DNA of 64,000 nt. Source: Eledone cirrhosa. Taxonomy: Eukaryota. Position 1 is the first letter of the stretch. The number at the start of each line of letters is the position of its first letter. A model generated the notes under the pieces. That model searched no databases. It saw nothing but the letters and a program-made list of their open reading frames with translations, and was not told the DNA's origin. The stretch is from assembly GCA_964016885.1 (NCBI GenBank), contig OZ024742.1, positions 251,596,001 to 251,660,000 of the forward strand. The letters are read 5' to 3'. Made by a program: the position numbers and the translations under genes. This document shows, in pieces, positions 52,526-64,000 of the stretch.

Positions 52526-53364
52526 AGTTACCTGGACACTCCAATAACAAGTGGTATTATTAAGGTTCGTTTTAACTGGACACTTCAATATTATTACTTT
52601 GCATCTACATATGAGATATCCTTTACCCCTAGCTTGACAAATAGTTGCAATATTGTTCAATAATAAAACTTTACATGGTGTTACAATGAGTTAACAGAAC
52701 CAAGAAAGTTGAACATAAAATAAGAAACTATGGCAGGCTGTCACAGTAAACAAAACTCCTTTGATTTCAAATCATATCACAGTCAATAATTCTTCTTCTA
52801 CATCATACACACACACATGTGAAGGCACGTGTGGTTAGGGTGTTAGTATCAATCTTATAAGTTCATGAGTTTAATTACTTTATGAATAATTTTAAGGGAT
52901 TTACTAAAATTATTTCATTAAGATAGAAACTTAACATAATGGTGTTTATATTAAATTATGCTGGAAGATTTTAATTTAAATAGCAACTTTTTAAAATGGG
53001 TGGTTTTAGGTGGTTTTGACTGGGTTGGTATCAAAAAGGTTAAAACACCAAAGAAACATTATGAATGCAACTTCATGGGAGGCCAGCTAAACCTACACAT
53101 AGGTGTGAGCTGTAATTACATTTTATTTCCATATATATATATATATATATATATCATTGTTTAACATCCATCTTCCTCACTAATATATATTGTTGCCTGA
53201 AAGTGGGGTTGTTATCGCTAAAGAAAGAGCTTTCAATATGTAAACATAGAGGTGAATATACTACATTATATAAACTACATGGCAAACTGGTGTATATCTT
53301 CCTAGGTATTCAGAGTTCAATGAAGCAAGCTGATGTAACTTCATTTGTCAGCAATTGTTTTATA

Positions 53365-54656
53365 CAGGGTGGGGCATAAAAACTGTTACAAAATAAAATG
53401 CAAATAGTTCTTGAAAAAAACATTTTAAGATCTGACTTCAACAAATAGTAAGTAATATACTATTAAATAACTGCACAAAAATTTATTTGAAATGCTTTCC
53501 TCTAGCTCTCACTACTGCTTGAAGACTTCTAGGAAAGTCTTTGATGACTGCACGAACAGTTTCCATGGGTATTTTCTCCCATACTTTATTCAGTTTTGAT
53601 TTTAGAGTTTCAATATTTTGGCTAGGTGTAGAGCAGGCTTCACTCTCAAGAATTAACCATAAAGAAAAATTGAGAGGGTTGAGATCTGGTGATGTGGGAG
53701 GCCACTCTTCCTTACTGATCCATGCAGGACAATGGTCTCTACACCACTGTTGTTACGCGAGCAGTGTGGCTCGTCGCTCCATCTTGTTGGAGAGTCCAAA
53801 TGTCATCGCCATAAACAGATATGCACCATGGCATCAGTGCTCCTTCCAAAATATCCTTTATGCAAAGTTCTTTGTTAATTTTAACTCCTTGAGGCACAAC
53901 AATCAGAGGAGACTTCCCTCTTTCAGAAATGGCTGCCCAAACCATCACTGATGCTGGTTTCTGTGTTCTGAACACTTTTCCTACACTGAAGGAATTGATT
54001 TGAGACTTTGTGCAAGTACTCGATCATTTTGATGATTGTGAGACTGCTGCACAGTGAATAACTTCTCATCTGTAAAGATGATGTTTTGCAGCGTGCCATC
54101 CTTGATACGGTTCAATAAGTTTACTTCTGGAGAGCCTCTTTTCAATTGTGGCTGCAGAAAGAAGCTGCCTCTTTTGGAACTTATAGGGTGACATCCCCAG
54201 ATCATCTCGACATATCCTCCGCATAGTTCTCGGCGATGCTTCTGCTTCTTCTGCCATTTTTCTCATGAACCTTCTTGGATTATGCCTTATTTTTTCCCTC
54301 ACACTTTTAACAAGTTTTGGTGTTCTTGAGGTGCGAGGGTATCCGGATTGAGGTCTGTCTTTGGTCGAGGAAGTTTGCTTAAATCGATCGATTGTCCTTT
54401 TGATCAACATTCTATTGATCTTAAGAATTTTCCTTAGTTTAAATATCTTGGGTGGAGTCAGGCCTTTTTCATGCTTCTCTATAATGAACTTTCTTTTCAA
54501 TTCTATGGACATTGCAAATTGTTAATGGAGTAATGTTCTGAAAAATAGTTATGATTATAGAACATGGATTTGATACAAATATATTAGTTATATTAGCAAC
54601 ATAATGTATTTTTAAATTGATTTAAAACTTTGTAACAGGAATTATGCCCTACCCTG
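53365..54656 (-). mobile_element. Tc1/mariner DNA transposon fossil (DD37D/maT-like), frameshifted transposase
   Basis: TIRs CAGGGTGGGGCATAA...TGTTACAAA / TTTGTAACA...TTATGCCCTACCCTG; HTH N-terminus; IIFTDEKLF, VMVWAAIS, QQDGATSH and WPPTSPDLNPL motifs. Confidence 0.88.
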
Positions 54657-54785
54657 TGTATACACACACACGCGTACGTGTGTGTGTGTGTGTGTATATA
54701 TATATGTGTATATATATATGTGTATATATATATATACATATATTGAAAAATAAGCATCCAAAATGTTATGACTATTTCCAAACTA

Positions 54786-55988
54786 TTGGGTTGGATAGAA
54801 GTTCCTGCTGTTTTTTTCAAAAGGAGGTATTATGGTTGAGCTTTCTGGAAATGTTGATGGTTGCATATGCACACATATATAAGAATGATGTTGGTATGTA
54901 TTATGAGCATTTCTCATTTTCTGTTCCACCGTTAAAGGGGAAGCAACATGGATCTATCCAAATCGTTTATTCGTGGCTGTTTACTTTGACTCCAAATCTG
55001 GCCTAAGTGCAGCAGCGAGTTGTTGCATTAACAATGCATTTGGATCACGCACCATGTCTGATCGCAGTGACAGGGACTGGTTTGCACATTTCCGTTCCAG
55101 TGATTGCAGCCTTGAAGATCACACTTGTGCAGGGCGTCCATCTGACTTCAATGATGACCACTTTGTGAGCTGGTAGAAGCCAACCCATGCCAGTCATCAC
55201 GTCAACTTTCTGAATTGCTTGGGGCATCAAAATCAACCATCTTTAATCCCTTGCATGCAATAGGTAAGGTGTACAAGCTGGACCAATGGGTGCGCCACAA
55301 TCTGACTGACCATAATCGTGAATGTCAGGCACCAACTGTGACTTCTTTCCTCTCCTATCATCGTCAGCCAACTGCTTATGTTCTATTGTCACAGGTGTTT
55401 CTACATTAAGTGAAAGTGATCATGTGTTGATAAAGAGAGTGCACCATAATGACAAGCAAAAGCTGGCCTCCTTACTTGTAAGGCCCTACTGAGCATCTGG
55501 TGGGACAGGAAAGGTGTCATCTTCTGAAGGGCTGCTCCCACTGAACACCAGCATAACTTCTGATGCCTATTGCTAAAAACTTGACAGATTAGCAGTGAAA
55601 GTTGCACAGGTGCACCCACACCATGGTCCTGTTTGATTCTTTTATGATGATGCTCGACCACATACATCAAAGGTGACCCGTAAGAAGCTGCTGGAGTTAG
55701 GTTGAGAGGTTCTACCCCACTCGCTGCCTATAAACTATCACCCTTTTTTTCCCAGTGAGCAATGCAATGAAAGACCATTGCCAGTGAAACCTGGTTAAAT
55801 CTATGGCTGATGGAATTCTTTGTATCAGTGCCAGAAAATTCTAGAGATGGAATCCTATAATAATGTGCCTTCCTAAATGATGGCAGATGGTAATTGCAAA
55901 TGATGGCAATTTTTCCTAATGTCAAAAAAAAACCCCACCAAACGCAATAATAATTTGAAATACGGTGAGAACTTTCTGTCCAACCCAA
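54786..55988 (+). mobile_element. mariner (DD34D-type) transposon fossil
   Basis: TA|TTGGGTTGGATAGAAGTTC ... GAACTTTCTGTCCAACCCAA|TA; DWFAHFRSSDCSLEDHTCAGRPS, KLDQWVRHNLT and IWWDRKGVIF remnants. Confidence 0.85.
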
Positions 55989-56224
55989 TATATCAAATAT
56001 GAAACTAATATATCATCATTACCTTGTATTGTTCTCTTTTGTTGTTTTTCCTTGCTGACTTTTCTTATATAGGGCAGAACCTTGGTAATTTCATTGAGTA
56101 TTGCAGTTGTCTAAACTACGCAATTACTTATATTCCAATAAATTATAGTGTGACTGAACATTCCACATACACGCTCATACTTGAATATAATTCTGATACA
56201 GAACCAAATTAGAGACATCGTGAC

Positions 56225-56420
56225 AAAGCCAGGCACTCAATTCAGTTGTAGTCCATCTCTTGGGCTTCCACACAGTTTCTGTTTATCAGTTTCACTTGCA
56301 CATCTCATATACGTTCCAGTTTGGGGATGTTTTCTATAGCTGGATACCCTTTCTACCACCAACCACTTTACAGAGTGCACTGAGAGCATTTTATTGTGGC
56401 ACCACAATGAGGTTTTGTCC
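56225..56420 (-). mobile_element. SINE remnant
   Basis: ctatagctggatacc...ccaaccactttacagagtgcactg 3' motif. Confidence 0.55.
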
Positions 56421-56465
56421 CAATGAGTCATCTCTATCTCTTGCTAGCAAGGAAGATGGCTGTTA

Positions 56466-56503
<38 letters not shown>

Positions 56504-56504
56504 C

Positions 56505-56567
56505 GTCAAGTATGAAATTTGTAAAAAATTATAGAAAAAGAAAATTTCTACAAATTTCATACTTGAC
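56505..56567. repeat. Perfect 19-bp inverted repeat between (TA)n tracts
   Basis: GTCAAGTATGAAATTTGTA ... TACAAATTTCATACTTGAC. Confidence 0.85.
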
Positions 56568-56568
56568 T

Positions 56569-56627
<59 letters not shown>

Positions 56628-56974
56628 TATTTAATATCATTACGATAACAGAAGTCTGATACTTTTGATTCCAGAGTCTGGCCCAATCGATACAGATTGA
56701 ACCTTGAGCTAATCAATCGCGAAACGTGCGTCACACCTCTAAATGTATTGAAAATTTGACACCTCGTCCATATTTGTGTGTGGGTGTGTGTGTGTACACT
56801 AAAGCTAAAATCCAAATGCATTCCTAATGTTCCCAAGCCATAAACTGTATTTTATCAGCTATTTTTTTCTAAGCTGACACTACATGTTTGGAAAGTTTTG
56901 CAAATGCTACATTTCAACTATATCACTATATATCACATTACACACTGTAGCACACCTTGCATCCCTACTTCACA

Positions 56975-57095
56975 GTACATTAACATGTAGCAATGCACTA
57001 ACGTATGGCAATGCAGTAACATGTAACAGTGCAATACATGTAGCAATACAGTAACCTGTAGCAATGCAGTGACATGTAGCAATATAATGCAGTAA
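56975..57095. repeat. Degenerate tandem repeat, about 18 bp (acatgtagcaatgcagta)
   Basis: Direct sequence. Confidence 0.75.
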
Positions 57096-58498
57096 ATTTG
57101 TTACTGTGTATGTGGCTGACTGTGTGTGTGTGGAGGGGCTGGTTGTGCGTGTATGAATGTGGCTGACTGTTAGTGTGTAGCTGATTGTGTGTTTGCGTAT
57201 GGCTGGCTTTGTATGTTTGCGTGGTTGGCTGTGTGTATGTTTGTGTGGCTGGCTGATTCTGATATTACTAGGAATAGGAATACAAGTGGAAAAGTATTAA
57301 ATATAACTCCTCTCTTTCTCTCTCCCTTCCCCCTCCACTATCTCTCAACACCAAATCATAAATCAACAAGTACCTGGTAATCTAAGCTATTAAATAACTA
57401 TAACAAATTGTTGAACTTTAGTCAGATATATATTTTCTTATTTTATCTGGTGAAACCTCTTACAACTGTGACTGTATCCTGCCTCCACTCTGATTGCATC
57501 TAATCATGATAATAGCCCGCTTTTTAACACTTATCTCTCTCTCTTTCAAGTCTTTTTTCCTAGCACTTGGCCAGCACTCTTCTTAACACAGTGACACAAT
57601 AACAGTTCTTTGCTTTGTCAAGTTAAAACTTGTCAATTTATTGAAATCTTGTCAAACACTCGATTTTATGAAATGCAATATTATGATGATGATAGCCGCA
57701 ATTAGGTATGTACAGAGCTACAGAGCTAGCACCTGAGTATTTAGAGCCATTAGCTAACCGTACAATGTGTACCCCTTTCTCCCAGTTATGCACCTTATTC
57801 TTCCAAATAAAATGATTTCAGTTTATAGTTAGGCAAGTTGACAGATCTTGATTTTTAACAGCTGCACTAACCACACTAAGACAATTACTAAGCTTACATT
57901 TTTCACTATACAGTCCACATGCATCCACACCAAATCAATGGTCATAACACTATATGACACTCTCTACTGCTTCAGATATTTCCAAAATGCTGCTATGCGG
58001 TAAAGATTTTTAGTGATTTATTTATTGATTAGAGGAAATGTTTATATATTTAAGTTAAATCTACCAATTCGTATAAAACTATGATTCTTTTAAGGTTTAG
58101 TAATGCACCTCTCTGAGATCTGTGGACCTGGTTGGACCTAATGGTAGCACCAGCCCTGTCAAACAGTCAGAAAGATAGTTTCTCGCCTAAGCTGCTCTCC
58201 AGAACATTTCAGAAATAGGAAAAAGAAATAAAAGAAATGCTAAAGAAAACAAACCTATATTGAAAGTGGTGCTTTAATATAGTCATTGGCTATTTCAAGT
58301 TTAATTTAACCATATCTAAGGTTAACAGATTCTTGTTACATAGATATCACTACCAAACATAATCACTATATTGTGTCTGTGTCTGTATAATGGGCATCAC
58401 ACAGCCTGGCCTATTTTCTCCTATTCTCCTTTCTTACCTTTTCTATGCCTCATTGTCCTTTGTCCACACGTTGGACTACAATCCTATTTCTATCATAT

Positions 58499-59128
58499 AT
58501 ATCATCATCATCGTTTAACATCTATCTTCCACGCTAGCATGGGTTTAGACAGGAATTGTCTCACTTGAGGCAAGATTGGTTGTCTTGCTCATGTAGGACT
58601 GTCTGGCAGGTTTTCTACGGCTGGATGCCCTTCCTAACACCAACCACGTTTACAGTGTGGACTGGGAGGTTTTTACCGTGTTACCTACATGGCCACATTA
58701 CAGCATGGACTGTGTTTTTTTTTTTTTTGTCGTGACACCTACACGACCTCATTTATTTAGGACTGGATGTTGTGGTACCAACATAACTTTACATCGAAAG
58801 GAGTAGTGTAGATGGGGGTAGGGGAAGTGGGACAGGGGTGTATTTTGGTTAGGAGGTGCCTACTGACTGTAGGTTTCGCTTTGTAACTTAGGCAAGGCGG
58901 GTCGTCTGTATTACTGTGTAGCGGCAAAGATCTCGGTCCAGTGACATTGTCTTAGAGGTGTGTAAGGTTGGAATTTATCAAGTCGTCCCAGGTTTTTCTG
59001 GGTCTACCTACTCCGTAGCTACCGTCTATTTTGATCGCCCTGCACTTTTTTATACAGCTGTCGTCTTTCATGCGCATCACGTGACCGTACCAACGTAGTC
59101 TTCTCTCGAGTAAGCATCTGATCCCTCT
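58499..59128 (-). mobile_element. 5'-truncated RTE LINE (3' UTR plus ORF end)
   Basis: High similarity to 29812-30460. Confidence 0.9.
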
Positions 59129-59201
59129 TTTTTATATATATATATATATATATCATCATCATCATCATCATCATTTAACGTCTATCTTCCACGCTAGCAT
59201 G

Positions 59202-59255
<54 letters not shown>

Positions 59256-59294
59256 CCCATGTATGTATATACACACACACACATGCGTTTGTAT

Positions 59295-59510
59295 GTATCG
59301 TCACTGTTTAACATCCATTTTTTTCCACGCTGGCATGGGAGACAAGTTATCGCTAGGTCAGGTGACCATGTCATGCTCATACAGAACTGATTTGGGCTTG
59401 GCTTCTACAGTTGGATGCCCTTCATAGCGCCAACCTCATTTACAGTGAGTACTGAGCGCTTTTTGTCGTGTCGCCATCACAACCACTTTACAGTGTGGGC
59501 TGAAGGTTTT
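59295..59510 (-). mobile_element. SINE 3' fragment
   Basis: Reverse-complement homolog of 17250-17470. Confidence 0.7.
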
Positions 59511-59704
59511 ACTAGAGGTATGTGTGAGAGTGGGTGGGGTGGTTCATATTTATAAATATTCTCCATCTTCGGCCTGTGCCCATGGAAAGTCGAGTCTTCT
59601 GTATATACATACATATGCATGTATACTCTTTTACTTGTTCCAGCCATTCGGCTGTATATATATACATGTATGTATATATATATATATATATCTATATGTA
59701 TGTA

Positions 59705-60853
59705 CATCATCATCATCCTCGTTTAACGTCTATCTTCCATGCTAGCATGAGTTTAGACGGGAGTTGTCCTATTTGAGGCAAGAATGGTTGGGTGACCAGG
59801 TCTCGCTCGTATAGGACTGTCTGGCAGGTTTTCTATGGCTGGATGCCCTTCCTAACACCAACCACGTTTACAGTGTGGACTGGGAGGTTTTTACCGTGTG
59901 ACCTACACGGCCACATTACAGCGTGGACTGTGTTTTTTTGTCGTGACACCTACACGACTTCATTTATTTTGGACTGGATGTTGTGGTACCAACATAACTT
60001 TACATTGAAAGGGAAAGGGTGGTGTTGGGTGGAGTAGTGGGATGGGGGTATATATTTGGTTAAGAGGTGCCTGCTGACTGTAGGTTTCGCTTTGTACATA
60101 GACAAGGTGGGTCTTCTGTATTACTGTGTAGCGCCAAAGATCTCGGTCCAGTGACATTGTCTTAGAGAAGTGCAAGTGTGTAAGGTCGGAATTTATCAAA
60201 TCCTCCCAGGTTTTTCTGGGTCTACCTACTCCGTAACTTCCATCAATTTCGCCCTACACTTTTTTATATAACTGTCGTCTTTCATGCACATCACGTGACC
60301 ATACCAACGGAGTCTTCTCTCGAGTAAACAGCATCTGATCCTCTTATTCCTAATTTTTCACTTAGTTCATTTATGCTTTGCTGTTTGCGTATATTACATT
60401 TACACATCCAGCCGAGCATGCAAGCTTCGTTCCTCTCCAGTCTGCGCAGATCCTCTGCACACAAAGCCCATGTCTCACTGCCATGTAACATTGCTGTTCG
60501 TATGCAGGCATCATACAGCCTGCCTTTCATTTTTAGAGAGAAACCTTTAATGGCCAACAGCGGTATAAGCTCTCTGAACTTTTTCCATCCCGTTCTGACT
60601 CTGGCTACTGTACTTTCAGAACACCCTCCCCCACTGTTGATTTTGTCACCCAAGTAACGGAAAGTGTTCACTATTTCTATAGGAGCTAGAATCCTGTGGG
60701 CACTTGCTACTTATTGCACCTGAGCACCGGCCACATATAAAATCTATGTTCTTAGAATGCTTACCTGTGATCCTACTACATCATTTATGTACCCATAGTT
60801 TGCATTTGGGACAAAAAATGGAATTTTTGCCTACTCCTTTCCTACACACTGTA
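59705..60853 (-). mobile_element. 5'-truncated RTE LINE, truncated at the PHD insert
   Basis: ORFs 60291-60671 and the CTVCRKGVGKNSIFCPKCKLWVHK segment match the 30209-33184 ORF; (TGA)n tail. Confidence 0.9.
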
Positions 60854-61124
60854 CATATGTATGTATATGTATGTCTATATGTATGTATGTGTGTGTGTGT
60901 ATGCATGTATGTGAATATATGTGTATGTATGTATATGTGTGTGTGTATATACATACATACATACATAAAAAATAGGCTGGGAATTGATTTGTGTGAGTGT
61001 AAATGTGGTGGCAGGGAGAGTGTAGACATAATTGTGGTGATGGGAGCAGAGAAATGCATCTTTCATTTGTCTGTTTTCTTTGCAAAATTTGAAATTTAGC
61101 CATATTTGATTAAAATGCATTAGG

Positions 61125-61861
61125 GTGTAAATAAAATTTCCATCAGATGTGTCTCGGACAGATCGATGACGTTCACTGGAGGGACCGCATCAGTGATGTC
61201 GAGATTTTGGAAAGCTCTCTGTGTGAAAGTATAGAAGCTATTGTGCTTAAGCAAAGACTCTGATGGAGTGATCACTTTGGCAGGATGAAGTATTCTAGAA
61301 TACCAAAACAACGCCTTTATGGAGAGTTAGTTAAAGGAAAACAACCTCCACATAAACCAAAAAAGAGGTATAGGGATTCGTTGAAAGCCTCCTTGAAAGA
61401 CGCTAACATCTCTGCTGATACATGGGAAAGCGTAGCTGCTGATCATAATAAATGGAGAAAGACTGTACATGAGGAGAAAGTTGATTTTGAAGCATCTTGA
61501 ATCGCATACGAGAAGTAAAGAGGGATGTGAGAAAAGGCATTGTTGTTGCATTTCCAGACAGCAAAGGTCCTCTTATGGTGCTGACATGCAGCGTCTGTAC
61601 GAGACTCTGCCTCAGCAAAGCTGGACTCGAAAGTCATCTTCGCAGTCATAACGTAAGACCAGTGGTTGACTACCAGGCTGCTCATTATACCTGTCAAGCA
61701 TGTGGAAGAGTGTAGATCAGGAGGGCTCAAACGACATGCAAAAGTACATGAAATCCCACCACAGATGGTTATTGCCAGTGAATGTTTTGGTTACCAACTC
61801 TGTGCAAGACATTTTAGAGCATTGGCTGGGCTAAAAAGCCACATTCGATTGCAGCACCGTT

Positions 61862-61900
<39 letters not shown>

Positions 61901-61968
61901 GTGTGTATGTATATATATATATTTTTTTTGTGCAATGGCCATACTTGATAACGAGGGCGCAGCCATTG
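61125..61968 (+). mobile_element. RTE (BovB-like) LINE 3' fragment with tandem C-terminal C2H2 zinc fingers
   Basis: RIPKQRLYGEL..KPKKRYRDSLK; CSVCTRLCLSKAGLESHLRSH; CQAC..GLKRHAKVH; CARHFRALAGLKSHIRLQH. Confidence 0.8.
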
Positions 61969-62116
61969 TATGTATGTATCATCACTGTTTAGCATATATT
62001 TATGTGTATATATATATTTATATCTATGTGTATACACACACATATACATATAGGAGTTATACTAGCTTATGTTATGTGCTGAAACTAAATCAATTGCATC
62101 ATCAGTCATTTTAACC

Positions 62117-62295
62117 ATTTGAAAATACACAAAAACTGTTAACTTTACTTTATATTTATCATTTATTCTTGATATCAAATTATTTTCATGGCTTAGTCAG
62201 AGATTCTGTTAGTGACTAAGTTGTAGACAGTGCCATGAAAATTTCGACACCAAGAAATGATAAATATAAAGTTTTTGTAGGGGCTTTTTAGATGG
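62117..62295. mobile_element. Hairpin/MITE-like inverted repeat
   Basis: actttatatttatcattt..cttg..attttcatggc versus gccatgaaaat..caagaaatgataaatataaagt; inner ttagtca/tgactaa. Confidence 0.65.
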
Positions 62296-62792
62296 CGAAA
62301 ATTATTTCCTCTCTCTCCTCCCCCATCCCCCTTCCTCCTTCCTGAAAGGTGCTTTTCTCACCTGCTCATGTGATATGATGCAATAGCAGCTACTGAGAGA
62401 CTTCTCCATTTGTGACCACTTGCCTCACAGAACCTCTTTCCTGAGCAGTTCCTTTCATTCATGATCGTGTAATATGTTCTTAAATGCAATTACTTAATTA
62501 GCTCATCATCATTTAACATCCAGTAAAGCTACTGGACCATCAGAAGATGAATACATTTTTGGGGGAGATGGAGCTTCAATAAAATAGATACTAGTAAGAT
62601 CTGGTGAGTCTCAATAAAGTAAGGACTAGTTGTTGACATGGATTTATTCCTTCAGTCAGAAAATTTCCCTATTTTCCACATAACCACACCATCACTACAG
62701 CCACTGCTACCACCAGCACCACCACCACCACCAAATATTTTATGTGCTTTTAGTAAATGTCATATTTAAACCCTTAATTTTTATTTTTCTAG

Positions 62793-62980
62793 ATCCAAGA
62801 GTTGCTGATTGGTTCATGATGGCGACCCCTTGGCCAGCATTCTTCTTGTGTGTCTTCTATGTTTCTTCTGTCAAGATTGGAATTGGTATAATGATCAAAC
62901 GAAAACCATTCGAGATGAGGAAAATTTTAGTAGTCTATAATATATTTATGATGTTTCTCTCGGGCTACGTATTTGTTGAA
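62793..62980 (+). CDS. Internal coding exon of a very-long-chain fatty acid elongase (ELOVL family, ELOVL4-like)
   Basis: Acceptor ttttctag|AT CCA AGA and donor GAA|gtaaga; encodes (D)PRVADWFMMATPWP...RKPFEMRKILVVYNIFMMFLSGYVFVE, the conserved ELO N-terminal block; 188 bp, phase 1/0. Confidence 0.9.
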
Positions 62981-63201
62981 GTAAGACTTCTTTGCTATTT
63001 TTACATTCTTCCTTTTTACTTACTACTAGACCACCGGTGACCCGTTCAGTCATGTTCATTTCAAAATATTTTTAAAAAAATCATGTTCACTTAAAAATAA
63101 TTTTTAAATAATTAAAATATACAGACATGTATATAATGTGAAATGAAACTGGAGGGCCCATATATATACGTGTGTGTATGTATATATATAAATGTGTGTG
63201 C

Positions 63202-63242
<41 letters not shown>

Positions 63243-63597
63243 GGTGTTTGTGATCTATATACACTGGTCATACACACACATATATATATACACACACAAC
63301 ACGACCACCACCAGCTCTCTCTGTCTCTTTTTCAATCTACTCTCTCGCAACCACTATCTCTTTTTCTCTATCCTTCTCTCTCTCTGTTTATGGAGGTACC
63401 CAGAAAACCCCATATCTTGGGCACCCGTGCTTCGATTTACGCAAAACTTGTTTTATTCCATGTGTATTCCCATTTCGGGGGCAACTTCCTTTCAAAGTAT
63501 TTTCCCATTATGCACTCTTTTGGCTGTATTACATTACAGACAAGCAAGCAAGCAATCACAAAATTTTAGTAATATATAGATATATACACGTACATAT

Positions 63598-63700
63598 CCT
63601 CATCGTTTTTATGTCAACTATTCAATGCTAGCTTGGGTTGAATGGACATTTTGAGGCAGTTTTACATCTGGATGCCCTTCCTTACTTTAACCCTGTTAGT
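63598..63700 (-). mobile_element. SINE/RTE 3'-tail remnant
   Basis: catcgttt...gctagcttgggtt...ctggatgcccttcct. Confidence 0.55.
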
Positions 63701-64000
63701 TGATTCTTAGGATATTCAGAAAAATTAGATGCATTTGGTAAACTAAGCAGTTTATATCATTTTTATACTATTCATCTTTATTCCGTATATGTGCACACGT
63801 ATACGTAATATATATTTGTTGAAGTAATGTGTCCATACCATCTGCATACCATCACTTTTTATTCATTACACACAAACACACACACATATAAATATATATA
63901 ATAAGGTAGTGAATCAGCAAAATTATTAATGAGATGGTATCTGATCTTGCTCTGTGCATCTGGATTTATAATGGTACTACCTTCTCTCAAGAGCTACAAC

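Overview
Repeat-dense, AT-rich eukaryotic DNA. The SINE/LINE repertoire and very long TA/TG/TATG microsatellites suggest a cephalopod (Octopus-like) genome; this is an inference. Only one host coding exon is recognisable: a 188-bp ELOVL (ELOVL4-like fatty-acid elongase) exon at 62793-62980 (+), so most of the window is probably intronic or upstream sequence. Two young non-LTR retrotransposons have uninterrupted ORFs. One is a 5'-truncated R4/Dong-clade element (RT plus restriction-like endonuclease) inside an (ATAC)n tract. The other is a near full-length RTE-clade LINE with an APE endonuclease and an RT carrying an inserted PHD finger. Also present: many decayed RTE/CR1 fragments, an internally deleted RTE derivative, a 5'-inverted RTE, tRNA-derived SINEs sharing the RTE 3' tail, two Tc1/mariner fossils, piggyBac-like and TA-flanked MITEs, a non-autonomous Helitron, several kb-scale micro/minisatellites, and a dispersed set of minimal hammerhead-ribozyme motifs. 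Most long ORFs in the track are translations of simple repeats. Boundaries of decayed elements are approximate, read by eye.
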